A stretch of DNA of 43,279 bases from a virus (lineage: Duplodnaviria; Caudoviricetes), in the IMG/VR virus record IMGVR_UViG_3300021560_000010, positions 1 through 43,279 of that record, one strand, 5' to 3'. The notes under the pieces were generated by a model. It saw only the letters and a program-made list of their open reading frames with translations, was not told the DNA's origin and did no database searches. A program made the position numbers and the translations under genes. Position 1 is the stretch's first letter, and every line of letters begins with the position of its first letter. Below are positions 1-8,609 of this stretch, in pieces.

Positions 1-40
1 AAGGATGCCTGCGCGCTCCCGGCCTTGCCGTCCGCCCGCC
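1..40. repeat. Terminal direct repeat, left copy (circular assembly overlap)
   Basis: AAGGATGCCTGCGCGCTCCCGGCCTTGCCGTCCGCCCGCC is identical to 43240-43279, and TerL reads in frame across the join. Confidence 0.97.
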
Positions 41-1145
41 GGCCGTCAGGCTCCGCCCAAACGCCAGGGTCGCCCACATCCGGTATATAGGAGCCTTCGC
101 TGGGCCACTCTCTATATACATAGTGGCGCCCTCTGGGATCTACCCGCACCCAGACCAGGAACCAGTTCCGGCTCGAGGCCGGGTCGCAGAATAAATAGTT
201 AGAGCCCACCAGCGGCACCTCGGCTACCACATGCAGCCGCTCCCGGAAGCTGGGAAACCTAGCCGCAATCGCTTTAGTCGGCACCCCGTAAGCCCGGGTG
301 AGAATCTCACTGCGCGGTGCGCCTTCCAAGGTCTTGACCAAGTTGGGGTAATTGCCAAAGGCGTTGTCGCTCGTCCAGTAGTAGACCACCGCCGCACTCT
401 GCCGCACACACTGGCTCACCCGCGGAAGCAACGTCCCGCCAAGAAGCGGCGCCGCCTCAGTCTCAATCACCCGGGCGCCATCCAGGTACTCTTTCACACT
501 CTGGGAGTAGCCTTCGACCGGCGTGAAAGTCAGAAGCAACAAGCCCCCGCGGGTAATCAGCCGGTAACGAATCGTCTCAATCCAGCCCAAGGGAATCAGT
601 TCGTCGGCCCAGATCAAATCGCATTCCCCGCCCTCGATCACGCTGATGTCCTGAGAATAGTTCCGGAATATGCACTCGCAGCCCGCCGGGGTGACAAACT
701 TGTTCTCGCTAAAGCCGTTCTTCTGGGAATAAGAAATGTTCTGGACCTTGCCCTTCTTCAGGTTCTTAAATTCCGGCGGCAAATAACGCCACACGATCGG
801 CTGCTGCATCTCAACACTGTTGGGCTCAGTCGCCTGCAAACACCAGACCCGTTTCCCCTCCCCGCTCATCAGCATCCGCACGACCGAGTAACCCCCATAC
901 TCACTCTTGGAAGCCCGGTTCCCGCCCAATATCAACACCTCGGTTTTGCCAGCCCCAATCAACGCGTCCACCTTCCCCCACACCGCCGGCCGGTACCCAT
1001 AGTAATAAGGCTCTTCGCGCTCTAACCTGATCCGCTCTTCCCGCGCCGCTAAATACTTCGCCACACCCTCGGGATCACGCCGAAACTCCGCTTCCCCAGG
1101 CACCGCGTATACCGGGTGCTCACTGCACCTAAACCCACTTGCCAT
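1..1145 (-). CDS. terL: Terminase large subunit, N-terminal part (continues over the origin to 42810; about 524 aa in total)
   Basis: Absent from the ORF track because it is open at the edge. Manual translation from ATG 1145: MASGFRCSEHPVYAVP..., Walker A ILGGNRASKS, Walker B LIWADE, motif III LLTFTP, nuclease LFCDPASSRNWF. Confidence 0.93.
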   Translation of the reverse strand, partial: MASGFRCSEHPVYAVPGEAEFRRDPEGVAKYLAAREERIRLEREEPYYYGYRPAVWGKVDALIGAGKTEVLILGGNRASKSEYGGYSVVRMLMSGEGKRVWCLQATEPNSVEMQQPIVWRYLPPEFKNLKKGKVQNISYSQKNGFSENKFVTPAGCECIFRNYSQDISVIEGGECDLIWADELIPLGWIETIRYRLITRGGLLLLTFTPVEGYSQSVKEYLDGARVIETEAAPLLGGTLLPRVSQCVRQSAAVVYYWTSDNAFGNYPNLVKTLEGAPRSEILTRAYGVPTKAIAARFPSFRERLHVVAEVPLVGSNYLFCDPASSRNWFLVWVRVDPRGRHYVYREWPSEGSYIPDVGDPGVWAEPDGRRADGKAGSAQAS

Positions 1146-1405
1146 CACCTAGTGCGCCATACCCGGTGTGCTCGCCTTCCTCCACCAGGACCTTTGCCCA
1201 TATACATCCAGGGCTCAGGCTCCCGAACCTCTACCTCAATCTCTTTCCCAAGCCAATTGCGCCATCCTGCAGTGCCACGTACTCGCACTGCAACGTCTCG
1301 CCCTGTATCTGTCCCGCATTGCACAATGCATCTGATCACGTGCGGATTTCGACCCACTTTGGAAACCTTCACTAATTCGTGCCTTATCATCTGTACATTG
1401 CTCAT
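1145..1405 (-). CDS. Small hypothetical protein coupled to terL
   Basis: 86-aa ORF whose TGA overlaps the terL ATG (TGATG). Confidence 0.7.
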   Translation of the reverse strand: MSNVQMIRHELVKVSKVGRNPHVIRCIVQCGTDTGRDVAVRVRGTAGWRNWLGKEIEVEVREPEPWMYMGKGPGGGRRAHRVWRTR

Positions 1406-1458
1406 GCGCGCTTCCTCTGTCTAGATGAGCTCACAGTCGTTTTGTCCTAGTTTCTAAA

Positions 1459-1815
1459 TTAAAAATTTTGTGAGCGGGAATCGGTCGGCGCGTCGCCGCG
1501 GCCGGCATCGCCGACCCCCTCCCCGTCCGCCGCGCGGCGATTGCGGCTCGCAATCCGCTCGGCATCGATGCGAGCCACCGCTGCCCTGATATCAGCCATC
1601 CAATCGACTGGAGCCGGTCTGCCAAATTGGCTATGTGTCTGAGCGTGATGGATTTGGCAAAGCCACATGATGCGCTCTGGATCGGCGTAATCGATATGGT
1701 GACGCTGTGCCGACGCTCCACAAATCTCACATGGCTGTGGCTTGGGACGCGGCAATAGGCGGATTCGATGGCGCTCTCGGCGCTGCTGATCAGTTAATCG
1801 TCGTTTTGGAGGCAT
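1459..1815 (-). CDS. HNH-like Zn-binding endonuclease
   Basis: CEICG...HHIDYADP...WLCQIHH pattern. Likely start ATG 1815 (MPPKRR); the track start is 1884. Confidence 0.7.
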   Translation of the reverse strand: MPPKRRLTDQQRRERHRIRLLPRPKPQPCEICGASAQRHHIDYADPERIMWLCQIHHAQTHSQFGRPAPVDWMADIRAAVARIDAERIASRNRRAADGEGVGDAGRGDAPTDSRSQNF

Positions 1816-2084
1816 AACATCATACAATAGCTGTAGTTTAAAATAGGAATCGTTGATTCTGAGGCACTTGCGCAATTGTTCCACAACACAGTCGTTTCGT
1901 CCTGATAGGATTGGTCCTCGAGCATTACAGAGCTAAAAATCAAGAAGTGTGCCCAACATTGCGAAAGGCCGAGCGATTCTTACATTGCATTGCAGATGAC
2001 ATGTCAGTCGTTTTGTCATATATACACCAAATGTACAGATGATGTACACATGGCAAAAAGCCAGTGCGGGATATGGGATTTTTT

Positions 2085-2129
2085 CATCTGTACACACACA
2101 CCTTATATAGGAAGGTGTGTGTACAGATG
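2085..2129. other. Long inverted repeat in an AT-rich intergenic region; candidate replication origin
   Basis: CATCTGTACACACAC(AC)CTT / AAGGTGTGTGTACAGATG forms an 18-bp stem with a 2-nt bulge, just downstream of the helicase gene. Confidence 0.55.
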
Positions 2130-2174
2130 CATATGCCGCATGGTCAAACTTTTGGGATATTATAACGCGTTGCG

Positions 2175-3788
2175 TCACAATACTGGGTTAGGATTGCGGA
2201 CATAGCCTGCTTTAAAACCGCTCCGATTATCTTTAGGCAACTCGACTTTGATGACCATGCCTTTGGCGACTAAGAAATCCAGATAGGCTTGAACGACGGA
2301 GCGATGAGTAAAAGGCGAGGCGGAGATGACGGCCATTAAGTCAATTGGCTCTTCAGTGGAAAGCAACTCAAGGATCTGGTCGGCTTTGCGTTCTTTTTCG
2401 CTGCGCAGGGCTTTAGCTTTTTTATCGATCGAGGCGCATTTGATCTGAGCTTCGTTGGCTGGGATCCAGAGTTTGACTCCATCATTATCGGTCGAATGGG
2501 CGTAGAATTTGTCTTCCGCCGTGAGCCAGCCGATCTTGTCGCCTCGTTTGGCGGCTTTGAACTTGTAGGTGCCGATCGAGCTGGTAGGCCAGACGACCAG
2601 GACACTTCGCATGTTGTTAATCAAAAGCGCACTACCGGCGGCAGCGTACATCCAATCCCAAGCCTGCATCTTGCCTTCGTCGATGAAATTGGTTTTGGGC
2701 GTGTGATGAACGACAAAGGCGCCGCAATCAAACTCAGCCATGAGTTCGGCCAGAGAATTCCAGAAGACTTTGATGGCTTTGTCATCTTTGACATCGCCTT
2801 CGAGGTAGGAGCCCAGCGGGTTTATGATTAAAAGATCAGTGCCGCCACGTTCGGTGATGATACGGCGAGCTTCGCGAAAGAACTCCTCACCGGTTTGCTT
2901 AACCTGCTCGGCGTAAGCATTGAGTTTGATCAGATCAATCTGAGGATCACTTAAAGGGATTCGATGATGGGTTCTGAATTGTTCGCGCATATCGTTGCGA
3001 TCGTCCTCGGCCTGAATAAGCGTGATCCGCAAAGGGCCGTTAGGCTTGATGCCGAAAGCCACTTTGCCCGCGCTCCATTCAATGAGAGCTTGGCAGCACA
3101 ACGTGCTTTTCCCATGCCCGCTAGGGGCCACAATCATGCCGGCAGTTTGCCGACTGAGCCAGCGGTTGCCCAATAGTACCCGGGAGTAATCAATCTCTTC
3201 GTTGCCTAGCGTGATGGGGTCACCGCCGTTTTTGTACGCTCGGGATGCGGGCAACCAGCGTTGCACGCTCGAGGTGATGTCGTGGGCCAGCTCCAGCCCG
3301 CTCAATTCCCGCGTGGCGTCGGCGTGCAGATTAGTCAGCGCGGCTGAGCATTCCAAGGCCAATACCCGGCGCGAAGCATGATGACAAAGACGCCCGAAAG
3401 TATGCGCGGCGAAATTCGCTTGCACATAAATTTCACTAAGCAGCGGGATAAAACGAGCGTCGCCATCAATCTTGGCCCAGAACCTGGCGTCCCGCCTGAA
3501 ATAGGCCAGCAGATGGTTCTTGGTGTAGCCCTCAGTCACGTGAGCCGAATAGTCGCAGAGCTTCTCAAAAATGAGCGCATTAACCCGATCGCCAAAAAGG
3601 CCCGCATTCATGCCCGGGTAAGTAAGCAACACCTCGTGATTAATCAGGGCAATCAGAGCGATGCGTTCAGTCTCAAAACAAGTGAATCTAGGGTAGTCGA
3701 TATCATATCGGTTGACGCTGCGAGTTTGTTCCATGCGAGGGGAAAAAAAGGCACGACCGCAACCGGCCACCTGAGGCCTTGTCTCCAC
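2175..3788 (-). CDS. RecA-fold/AAA_25 (RepA-like SF4) replicative helicase with a possible C-terminal winged helix
   Basis: Walker A APSGHGKS, catalytic QAED, LLIINPL, VVHHTPK and AAAGS motifs. Confidence 0.85.
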   Translation of the reverse strand: METRPQVAGCGRAFFSPRMEQTRSVNRYDIDYPRFTCFETERIALIALINHEVLLTYPGMNAGLFGDRVNALIFEKLCDYSAHVTEGYTKNHLLAYFRRDARFWAKIDGDARFIPLLSEIYVQANFAAHTFGRLCHHASRRVLALECSAALTNLHADATRELSGLELAHDITSSVQRWLPASRAYKNGGDPITLGNEEIDYSRVLLGNRWLSRQTAGMIVAPSGHGKSTLCCQALIEWSAGKVAFGIKPNGPLRITLIQAEDDRNDMREQFRTHHRIPLSDPQIDLIKLNAYAEQVKQTGEEFFREARRIITERGGTDLLIINPLGSYLEGDVKDDKAIKVFWNSLAELMAEFDCGAFVVHHTPKTNFIDEGKMQAWDWMYAAAGSALLINNMRSVLVVWPTSSIGTYKFKAAKRGDKIGWLTAEDKFYAHSTDNDGVKLWIPANEAQIKCASIDKKAKALRSEKERKADQILELLSTEEPIDLMAVISASPFTHRSVVQAYLDFLVAKGMVIKVELPKDNRSGFKAGYVRNPNPVL

Positions 3789-3955
3789 TCATATCAGGTT
3801 CCCCGTTTGGTGCTTTTGCGATTGAATTCGCGAACCCAAAGAATAGAGGGTCTAGGTTGCGGTCGTGACAGGCCGAAGATTTTGGTATTCTCGGGGAGCA
3901 TAACCAAGCGGGACCGCCAGCCTCGCCTCCGGCGCGTCCGAGCGTCAAGCGTTTT

Positions 3956-4198
3956 TTAATTGGTGCGCACAACCTGAACTTTTGAGCGGATGGTCGCTAA
4001 AACGCCCATCATATAGGCATTGACAAAAAGCCGTTTGGGATGGCTCGTGCCCAGATCGGCTAGATACTTTTCGATGTAGCTGGCACGCTCGGGGTCCGCT
4101 AAATCCTCTTCGAGTAACTCTATGGCAAAAGTCAGCCGAGGATTTCCTCCTGCAATTTCGGGGCAGATACATTTCATTCTATCAATGGTCTCTTGCAT
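3956..4198 (-). CDS. Hypothetical protein
   Basis: 80-aa ORF in the early operon with protein-like composition. Confidence 0.6.
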   Translation of the reverse strand: MQETIDRMKCICPEIAGGNPRLTFAIELLEEDLADPERASYIEKYLADLGTSHPKRLFVNAYMMGVLATIRSKVQVVRTN

Positions 4199-4265
4199 GG
4201 TTGACCTCTTGGCTGTGGCGCTAAAGGCACGCGCCGATTCATTTTGGATTTTCCTTCCCGTTTGC

Positions 4266-5408
4266 TCATGGTTTGGACTCTTTGACGATCTCAGGCTCGT
4301 TGCGTTTGCGGCTGATCAGTCCCTCAAAAGAAGCGTTAAAACCGCTGGCACCGCGGCCCAGCGCATGCTGCAACTTGGTCACACTGAGCTTGGTTGCCCC
4401 CAGGAAGGCTTCCAGGGAAATCCCGCATTCCTGCGCACGCTGCCAGCTGGCCAGCACATCCTCCAGGGCCCGCACGCTTTTGCCCTCGCGCAACGTGAAG
4501 CCTGGAATCGCCTCCGGATCGCTCAAGAGGAGCTCTTTGTAGCGGCTCAAGAGTCGATCGATCAAGGGCCGTGCCGCCAGCAAACCTTGCAGCAACCGGG
4601 CGCCATCGGCACCGGTCGGCATCGTTGAAAGCTTGCCCAACGAACTTTCCACCATTTGGCGAGCCTCCGGACAATGCTCGGCCGCGGGACAATACCGGCA
4701 ATAGCTCCCGGGCGTGCGCGAAACCTCCGGCTCATTTGATCGCTCCAGATCCATCTCCAGAAACGCCAGGGCTGCGCGCGCAGTAGCTTGGGGGTAAAAA
4801 CTGATACTGGTGCGCTCCGGAACGTTAGGCTGCACAATAGCGGCGGTAAATTCGAGCACTTCTGGATAATTGTAATAACATAAAGCCACTAAAGCGCGCA
4901 ACTGATCATTACAATCCGCCTTCTCGACCGGTATATAGCCGGTTTTCGCGTCCAATAGCAGGATCCGCGTGCCCTCTTTGCTCCGATAAGCCACGTCGTA
5001 CTGGCCGCTGAATACCGGGTCGATCCCGTGATGGAGCCACAGGCGCACTTCGCGGCCCAGTTCGGTATAGGGCAAGCCAGCCGCCCAGTCGGTCAGGACC
5101 ATTTTTTCTAACCGGCGCAGGTTTTCCAGAGTCTCATTTTCAGCCGGCTCACTTAAGGAGTCTCCGCGTTGCCACGCGACGTGAATCCGGGTGCCGCTCA
5201 AGGCCTCAGCCGTAGTGAAGTCTCGCAGCTCGACGCCGGCATCGCGCAGAGAATTGATCAAGGCCTGCCGCCCGATGCAACGCAGGTCAGCGTATGCGTT
5301 GGAAGCGCTGCGCAGCCCTCGGCGCGGATCGGCCTTAGAGGGGAGATTCGCTAGTGTCAGTGGGCTGCTCGGATTCATGGGCAGGTGGAGAAGAAATTTG
5401 TCGTTCAT
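4266..5408 (-). CDS. PD-(D/E)XK Cas4-like/DUF2800 exonuclease
   Basis: SAS...RC, GTRIH, SGQYD, LLDAKTG, NDQL and the C-terminal PGSYCRYCPAAEHC Cys cluster; adjacent to recT. Confidence 0.85.
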   Translation of the reverse strand: MNDKFLLHLPMNPSSPLTLANLPSKADPRRGLRSASNAYADLRCIGRQALINSLRDAGVELRDFTTAEALSGTRIHVAWQRGDSLSEPAENETLENLRRLEKMVLTDWAAGLPYTELGREVRLWLHHGIDPVFSGQYDVAYRSKEGTRILLLDAKTGYIPVEKADCNDQLRALVALCYYNYPEVLEFTAAIVQPNVPERTSISFYPQATARAALAFLEMDLERSNEPEVSRTPGSYCRYCPAAEHCPEARQMVESSLGKLSTMPTGADGARLLQGLLAARPLIDRLLSRYKELLLSDPEAIPGFTLREGKSVRALEDVLASWQRAQECGISLEAFLGATKLSVTKLQHALGRGASGFNASFEGLISRKRNEPEIVKESKP

Positions 5409-6426
5409 GCTCTAGCCGCGCGACGCATTTGTCCCAATCGCCCACGACCCGTTTGACGTTGCGCTCGCTCAAGTCTTCGAACCGATCGTTTGGGCCGGCC
5501 AGCTCCAGCTTCACCAACAGCGCCAGGAGCTCTCCTTCGCTAAAGCCGCTGGTCTCTAATCGCCGTTTTAAGACACTCAAACCCAAAGCCTCATCGGTTG
5601 AGCGTTTGGGGCCTGAAACGCGCTCTGCGGGCATTTCTGTGCGCTCTGGAGGCATCTGCGCCACTTCTCCGAGGTCAATTTCGCCCTCCAGCGACGCAAT
5701 TTGGCGTCCGTAAGGGTGTCCTGGCGTTTGGGTCGGGCTCACCAGCTCGTTAAATTCGTCCTCTTTCTCGATCGCTTCACGGGTGCGCCGCGAGAGCGGC
5801 AAACCCTTGGCGAGACGCTTGAAAACCGTCTTTTTGTACATTTCGGGAGTGTCGGTCACCCACGGACCTTCGTTAGCGGCGGGCGAACGGCGGCGGACCG
5901 CTTCAAGCTCTTCAACACTCATCACCTCAAAGAGCTCGCGGCCGCTTGGCAAACGCACGTGGCAATAGGCGAAAGAGACTTCACCTCGCGGTCCGCGGAA
6001 AGGCTTGTGTGTCAGATGCTGGTGCGTGCCGTACTCGTAGTCAAACGAATCGGCGACCCGCACGACATCGGAGTGTTCGCTGGCTAGATCGCCCTCGCGA
6101 TAAAGCAACTCTTTAACCCCCTTGTAATCGATGATGTAGGTGCAATCGTAGCCGCCTTCCTTGGTTCGACGCGGGATCAAGTGCGCGCGGCGCGAATCGG
6201 GCTCAAGACCAATCGCAGCCAGCTCGAGCACGCAGCGAAAGAAACTGGCCGGAGAAGTCAGTTGCAGGCGCGGATTTTTCGTACAGGCAATCCAGACAAT
6301 CTGGGCAAATCGCTGGACCGTCATCCCTGGAGGCAGCACGTTGGCCAGCTTGGCCGCAAACTCCTGGCCTTCCAGAAGCGCGCGCAATTCCTCTCCGCGT
6401 TTTTTTGATAATGCTTTTTCAGTCAT
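5335..6426 (-). CDS. recT: RecT-family single-strand annealing recombinase
   Basis: GLEP...AHLIPR, IIDYKG, GPWVTD..EMYKKTVFKRLAKGLP motifs. Confidence 0.92.
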   Translation of the reverse strand: MTEKALSKKRGEELRALLEGQEFAAKLANVLPPGMTVQRFAQIVWIACTKNPRLQLTSPASFFRCVLELAAIGLEPDSRRAHLIPRRTKEGGYDCTYIIDYKGVKELLYREGDLASEHSDVVRVADSFDYEYGTHQHLTHKPFRGPRGEVSFAYCHVRLPSGRELFEVMSVEELEAVRRRSPAANEGPWVTDTPEMYKKTVFKRLAKGLPLSRRTREAIEKEDEFNELVSPTQTPGHPYGRQIASLEGEIDLGEVAQMPPERTEMPAERVSGPKRSTDEALGLSVLKRRLETSGFSEGELLALLVKLELAGPNDRFEDLSERNVKRVVGDWDKCVARLEHERQISSPPAHESEQPTDTSESPL

Positions 6427-6602
6427 TTTCCCTCCTTTTCCCCCTCCAATAGGTCAGCAAACCTTTCCCGTTGCTGGATCAACTCCTCACAGAATTCCTG
6501 CACGGTCTTGCGCAATTGCGCTAACTCGGCAGCTACGAGCTCGATGGAGCCCACGCCCTGGCGCAAGAACACCAAGACTTCCGATATCTCTTTTTCTGTC
6601 AT
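6423..6602 (-). CDS. Small coiled-coil hypothetical protein
   Basis: MTEKEISEV...; overlaps both neighbours by 4 nt. Confidence 0.6.
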   Translation of the reverse strand: MTEKEISEVLVFLRQGVGSIELVAAELAQLRKTVQEFCEELIQQRERFADLLEGEKEGK

Positions 6603-7006
6603 AAGTATTCTTTGGCCGCGGCCATTGCTTCGGCCGAGGAACGGCACACACGCACATCAAATCCACGGTCTTGGAGCTCGGCAATACGCAACTGCTGCAC
6701 GGGGGAAAGGACGCCCTCTTCGCGTTTCATTTCGATTAGCTGAGTGCGCGCGCCGTAGTGAAACAGCGTGTGATCTGGATGCCCGGGCCTGATGGTCGAT
6801 GCACGATCGCCGGCCGGGGTGATCTGATAAACGTCATGGAGATTCATCCAGCTCAAAAATTGATTTTGCTGGTCCTTCTCGCGCCGCAACAAATGCTTGC
6901 GGACCTTTACGGGGTCGACCGCGAGGTCTGGCTCGACTATTCCCTCGCGCAGCGCCCACGCCTGATCCTCTTTGCTCATCAGATCGAACAGCTTTCTTGC
7001 AATCAT
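6599..7006 (-). CDS. VRR-NUC domain nuclease
   Basis: GHPD...LIEMKREEGVLSPVQ...GFDVRVCRS; likely start ATG 7006. Confidence 0.85.
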   Translation of the reverse strand: MIARKLFDLMSKEDQAWALREGIVEPDLAVDPVKVRKHLLRREKDQQNQFLSWMNLHDVYQITPAGDRASTIRPGHPDHTLFHYGARTQLIEMKREEGVLSPVQQLRIAELQDRGFDVRVCRSSAEAMAAAKEYL

Positions 7007-7214
7007 GCTCCCATTTTTTGATGTCAATCTCGCTGAAACGCAACACACGGGGACCGAGCCGGACGAAGGGAATGTGCTGGTGACGCACCCAGCGGTAGAC
7101 CGTCTGGATAGAGACGTCATAACGCTGGGCAATGTCCGGAACAGTCCATTTCATGAACATAAAGTCACAATCCTTGTACAGAGATGCGAGCGCAAAAGAC
7201 CACGCGTGTATCAT
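6834..7214 (-). CDS. Excisionase-like HTH_17 DNA-binding protein
   Basis: WTVPDIAQRYDVSIQTVYRWVRHQHIPFVRLGPRVLRF; the true start may be 7160. Confidence 0.8.
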   Translation of the reverse strand: MIHAWSFALASLYKDCDFMFMKWTVPDIAQRYDVSIQTVYRWVRHQHIPFVRLGPRVLRFSEIDIKKWEHDCKKAVRSDEQRGSGVGAARGNSRARPRGRPRKGPQAFVAAREGPAKSIFELDESP

Positions 7215-7471
7215 TCTGATAACTTTGCCCAGAGACTCTTGAGCAGACGCGCGTTCTCGCGACTGGCCGGCGAAGCGCGCGGATGCTCGGTGAGACGAGA
7301 ATAGTAGGTCAGCGGCTCGCGGATCACGCGCAAAAGGTAGCCCAGCTCCTCGGGCGCTAGCTCAACCCATTTCGTTTTCGCCACTTGGTTAGAGCCGATT
7401 TCCGAGTCATTAGCCCGATCGGCACTCCCATCGGCCGGCCGTTTCGGAGTCGTTTGTAGTGGACGTCGCAT
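7211..7471 (-). CDS. Hypothetical protein
   Basis: 86-aa ORF with a 4-nt overlap to the next gene. Confidence 0.55.
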   Translation of the reverse strand: MRRPLQTTPKRPADGSADRANDSEIGSNQVAKTKWVELAPEELGYLLRVIREPLTYYSRLTEHPRASPASRENARLLKSLWAKLSE

Positions 7472-7510
7472 AAACTTTTAGCCGTAGCCGGCCGATCGCA
7501 CCAGATGCAT

Positions 7511-7744
7511 TTACGCCAGTGGCTCACTTTTTAGTTTTTCCCATTCAGGGTAACACCATTGATGAAAAAAAATGAAATGCGAGTCCGGCCACTCGTGTCG
7601 AAAAAATGGTTCTGAGCGCGACTTCATGATCAGAGATTGGCCAGGGGCAATGCGCATATAGCAGCTTTCGCAAAACAAATCAGGGGGGAGCTTGTTGGTA
7701 TCGAAGGTGTGGGTGTCTGTTTGAGTCGGGTTCATGTGTACCAT
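7511..7744 (-). CDS. Small Zn-finger-like protein
   Basis: CESC...FHQWC ligand pattern. Confidence 0.55.
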   Translation of the reverse strand: MVHMNPTQTDTHTFDTNKLPPDLFCESCYMRIAPGQSLIMKSRSEPFFRHEWPDSHFIFFHQWCYPEWEKLKSEPLA

Positions 7745-8091
7745 TCTAACCTTGGTTGGTAACGCGGTCTAACGTTAGGTGTCGGTGTAGGCTTCGGCGT
7801 TGGGCTCGGCTTGGGCGCTAGGTCCGGCTTTATATACAACGGATTTAAATCGCGTTCTCCGAGATCCAAACGAAACGGTCTGTAAGGCAAAAATATATTT
7901 GGGTAAGGCGGTATAGGAGTCGGTGCAGCTTTAGGTGTAGGCGCAGGCACCGGCGGCAACTTCGGCCACTCCGCTTCGTATTTGCGCTGCATGTCTGGCG
8001 AGTGCCAGTAGCGCTGGTAATATTGCTCCACGCTTTCCTGGGCGCGCCCCATGAGCGGTGCGAAGAGCAACAAGAGTAGAACCTTTTTCAT
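7732..8091 (-). CDS. Exported Pro/Thr-rich protein
   Basis: Signal peptide MKKVLLLLLFAPLMGRA-Q and PTP repeats. Confidence 0.7.
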   Translation of the reverse strand: MKKVLLLLLFAPLMGRAQESVEQYYQRYWHSPDMQRKYEAEWPKLPPVPAPTPKAAPTPIPPYPNIFLPYRPFRLDLGERDLNPLYIKPDLAPKPSPTPKPTPTPNVRPRYQPRLEWYT

Positions 8092-8108
8092 GGGGGATAA
8101 ATTAAAAC

Positions 8109-8138
8109 AAGATATCACAAGTAGTCATAATTTGACAA
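8109..8138 (-). promoter_or_regulatory. Sigma70-like promoter
   Basis: TTGTCA-N18-TATCTT with an extended -10 TG, ending 17 nt upstream of ATG 8091. Confidence 0.55.
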
Positions 8139-8317
8139 GCAAGATTTTCCGCGCTGTTCAGGGGCGCCAGAATGGCTAGACTAGGGGGCAATGGCTCTAG
8201 TTTCTCCAGACCAGACAATGGTCAAAGCTTGGCGGATTTTCTTGGCTGGACCCTTGTTGTGCGAGTTTGAGCGTGCGCGCCAGCCAGAGCTCGATCTCGG
8301 ATTCGAGAATTAAAAGA

Positions 8318-8506
8318 ATGGACCCAAGCGATTACAAACGCTGCCAGCGATGCGGAGAGATCAAGTATCTCGCGGATTTCTGGAGTTACTCCGCCCCGCC
8401 CAACGAGCATCACCTCTGCAGCGATTGCTTCTACCGATCGCCCACCAAAGACGGCAAGGCGCGCAAGCGCAGGCAGAAAAGCCCGCAACAGATGCCGCTG
8501 CTTTAG
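8318..8506 (+). CDS. Small Zn-ribbon protein
   Basis: KRCQRCGEIK...LCSDC. Confidence 0.65.
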   Translation: MDPSDYKRCQRCGEIKYLADFWSYSAPPNEHHLCSDCFYRSPTKDGKARKRRQKSPQQMPLL

Positions 8507-8512
8507 GAAATT

Positions 8513-8538
8513 ACTGGCCGGCCACTCAGCCGGCCAGT
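8513..8538. terminator. GC-rich hairpin between convergent genes
   Basis: ACTGGCCGGC-CACTCA-GCCGGCCAGT, 10-bp stem. Confidence 0.55.
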
Positions 8539-8609
8539 CGCCTGTCATGACGGCTACAACTTGACTCACCGTATTACCAAACGCGGGTGTTTTTGCGGCC
8601 GAGTTGCAG

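Noticed and set aside
1-40. 40-bp terminal repeat as a physical genome end
   Set aside because: It falls inside terL, so it is best explained as an assembly overlap.
231-1025. 264-aa plus-strand ORF
   Set aside because: It is the in-register antisense shadow of terL and has no recognisable motifs.
4266-5408. Cas4-like gene as part of a CRISPR system
   Set aside because: No array or other cas genes; pairing with RecT points to recombination.
8150-8320. Possible tRNA/tmRNA (GGGGCG...) and an Xis-like fragment LGSILLILESEIELWL on the minus strand
   Set aside because: No cloverleaf or T-loop, and the fragment is too short and has no start codon.
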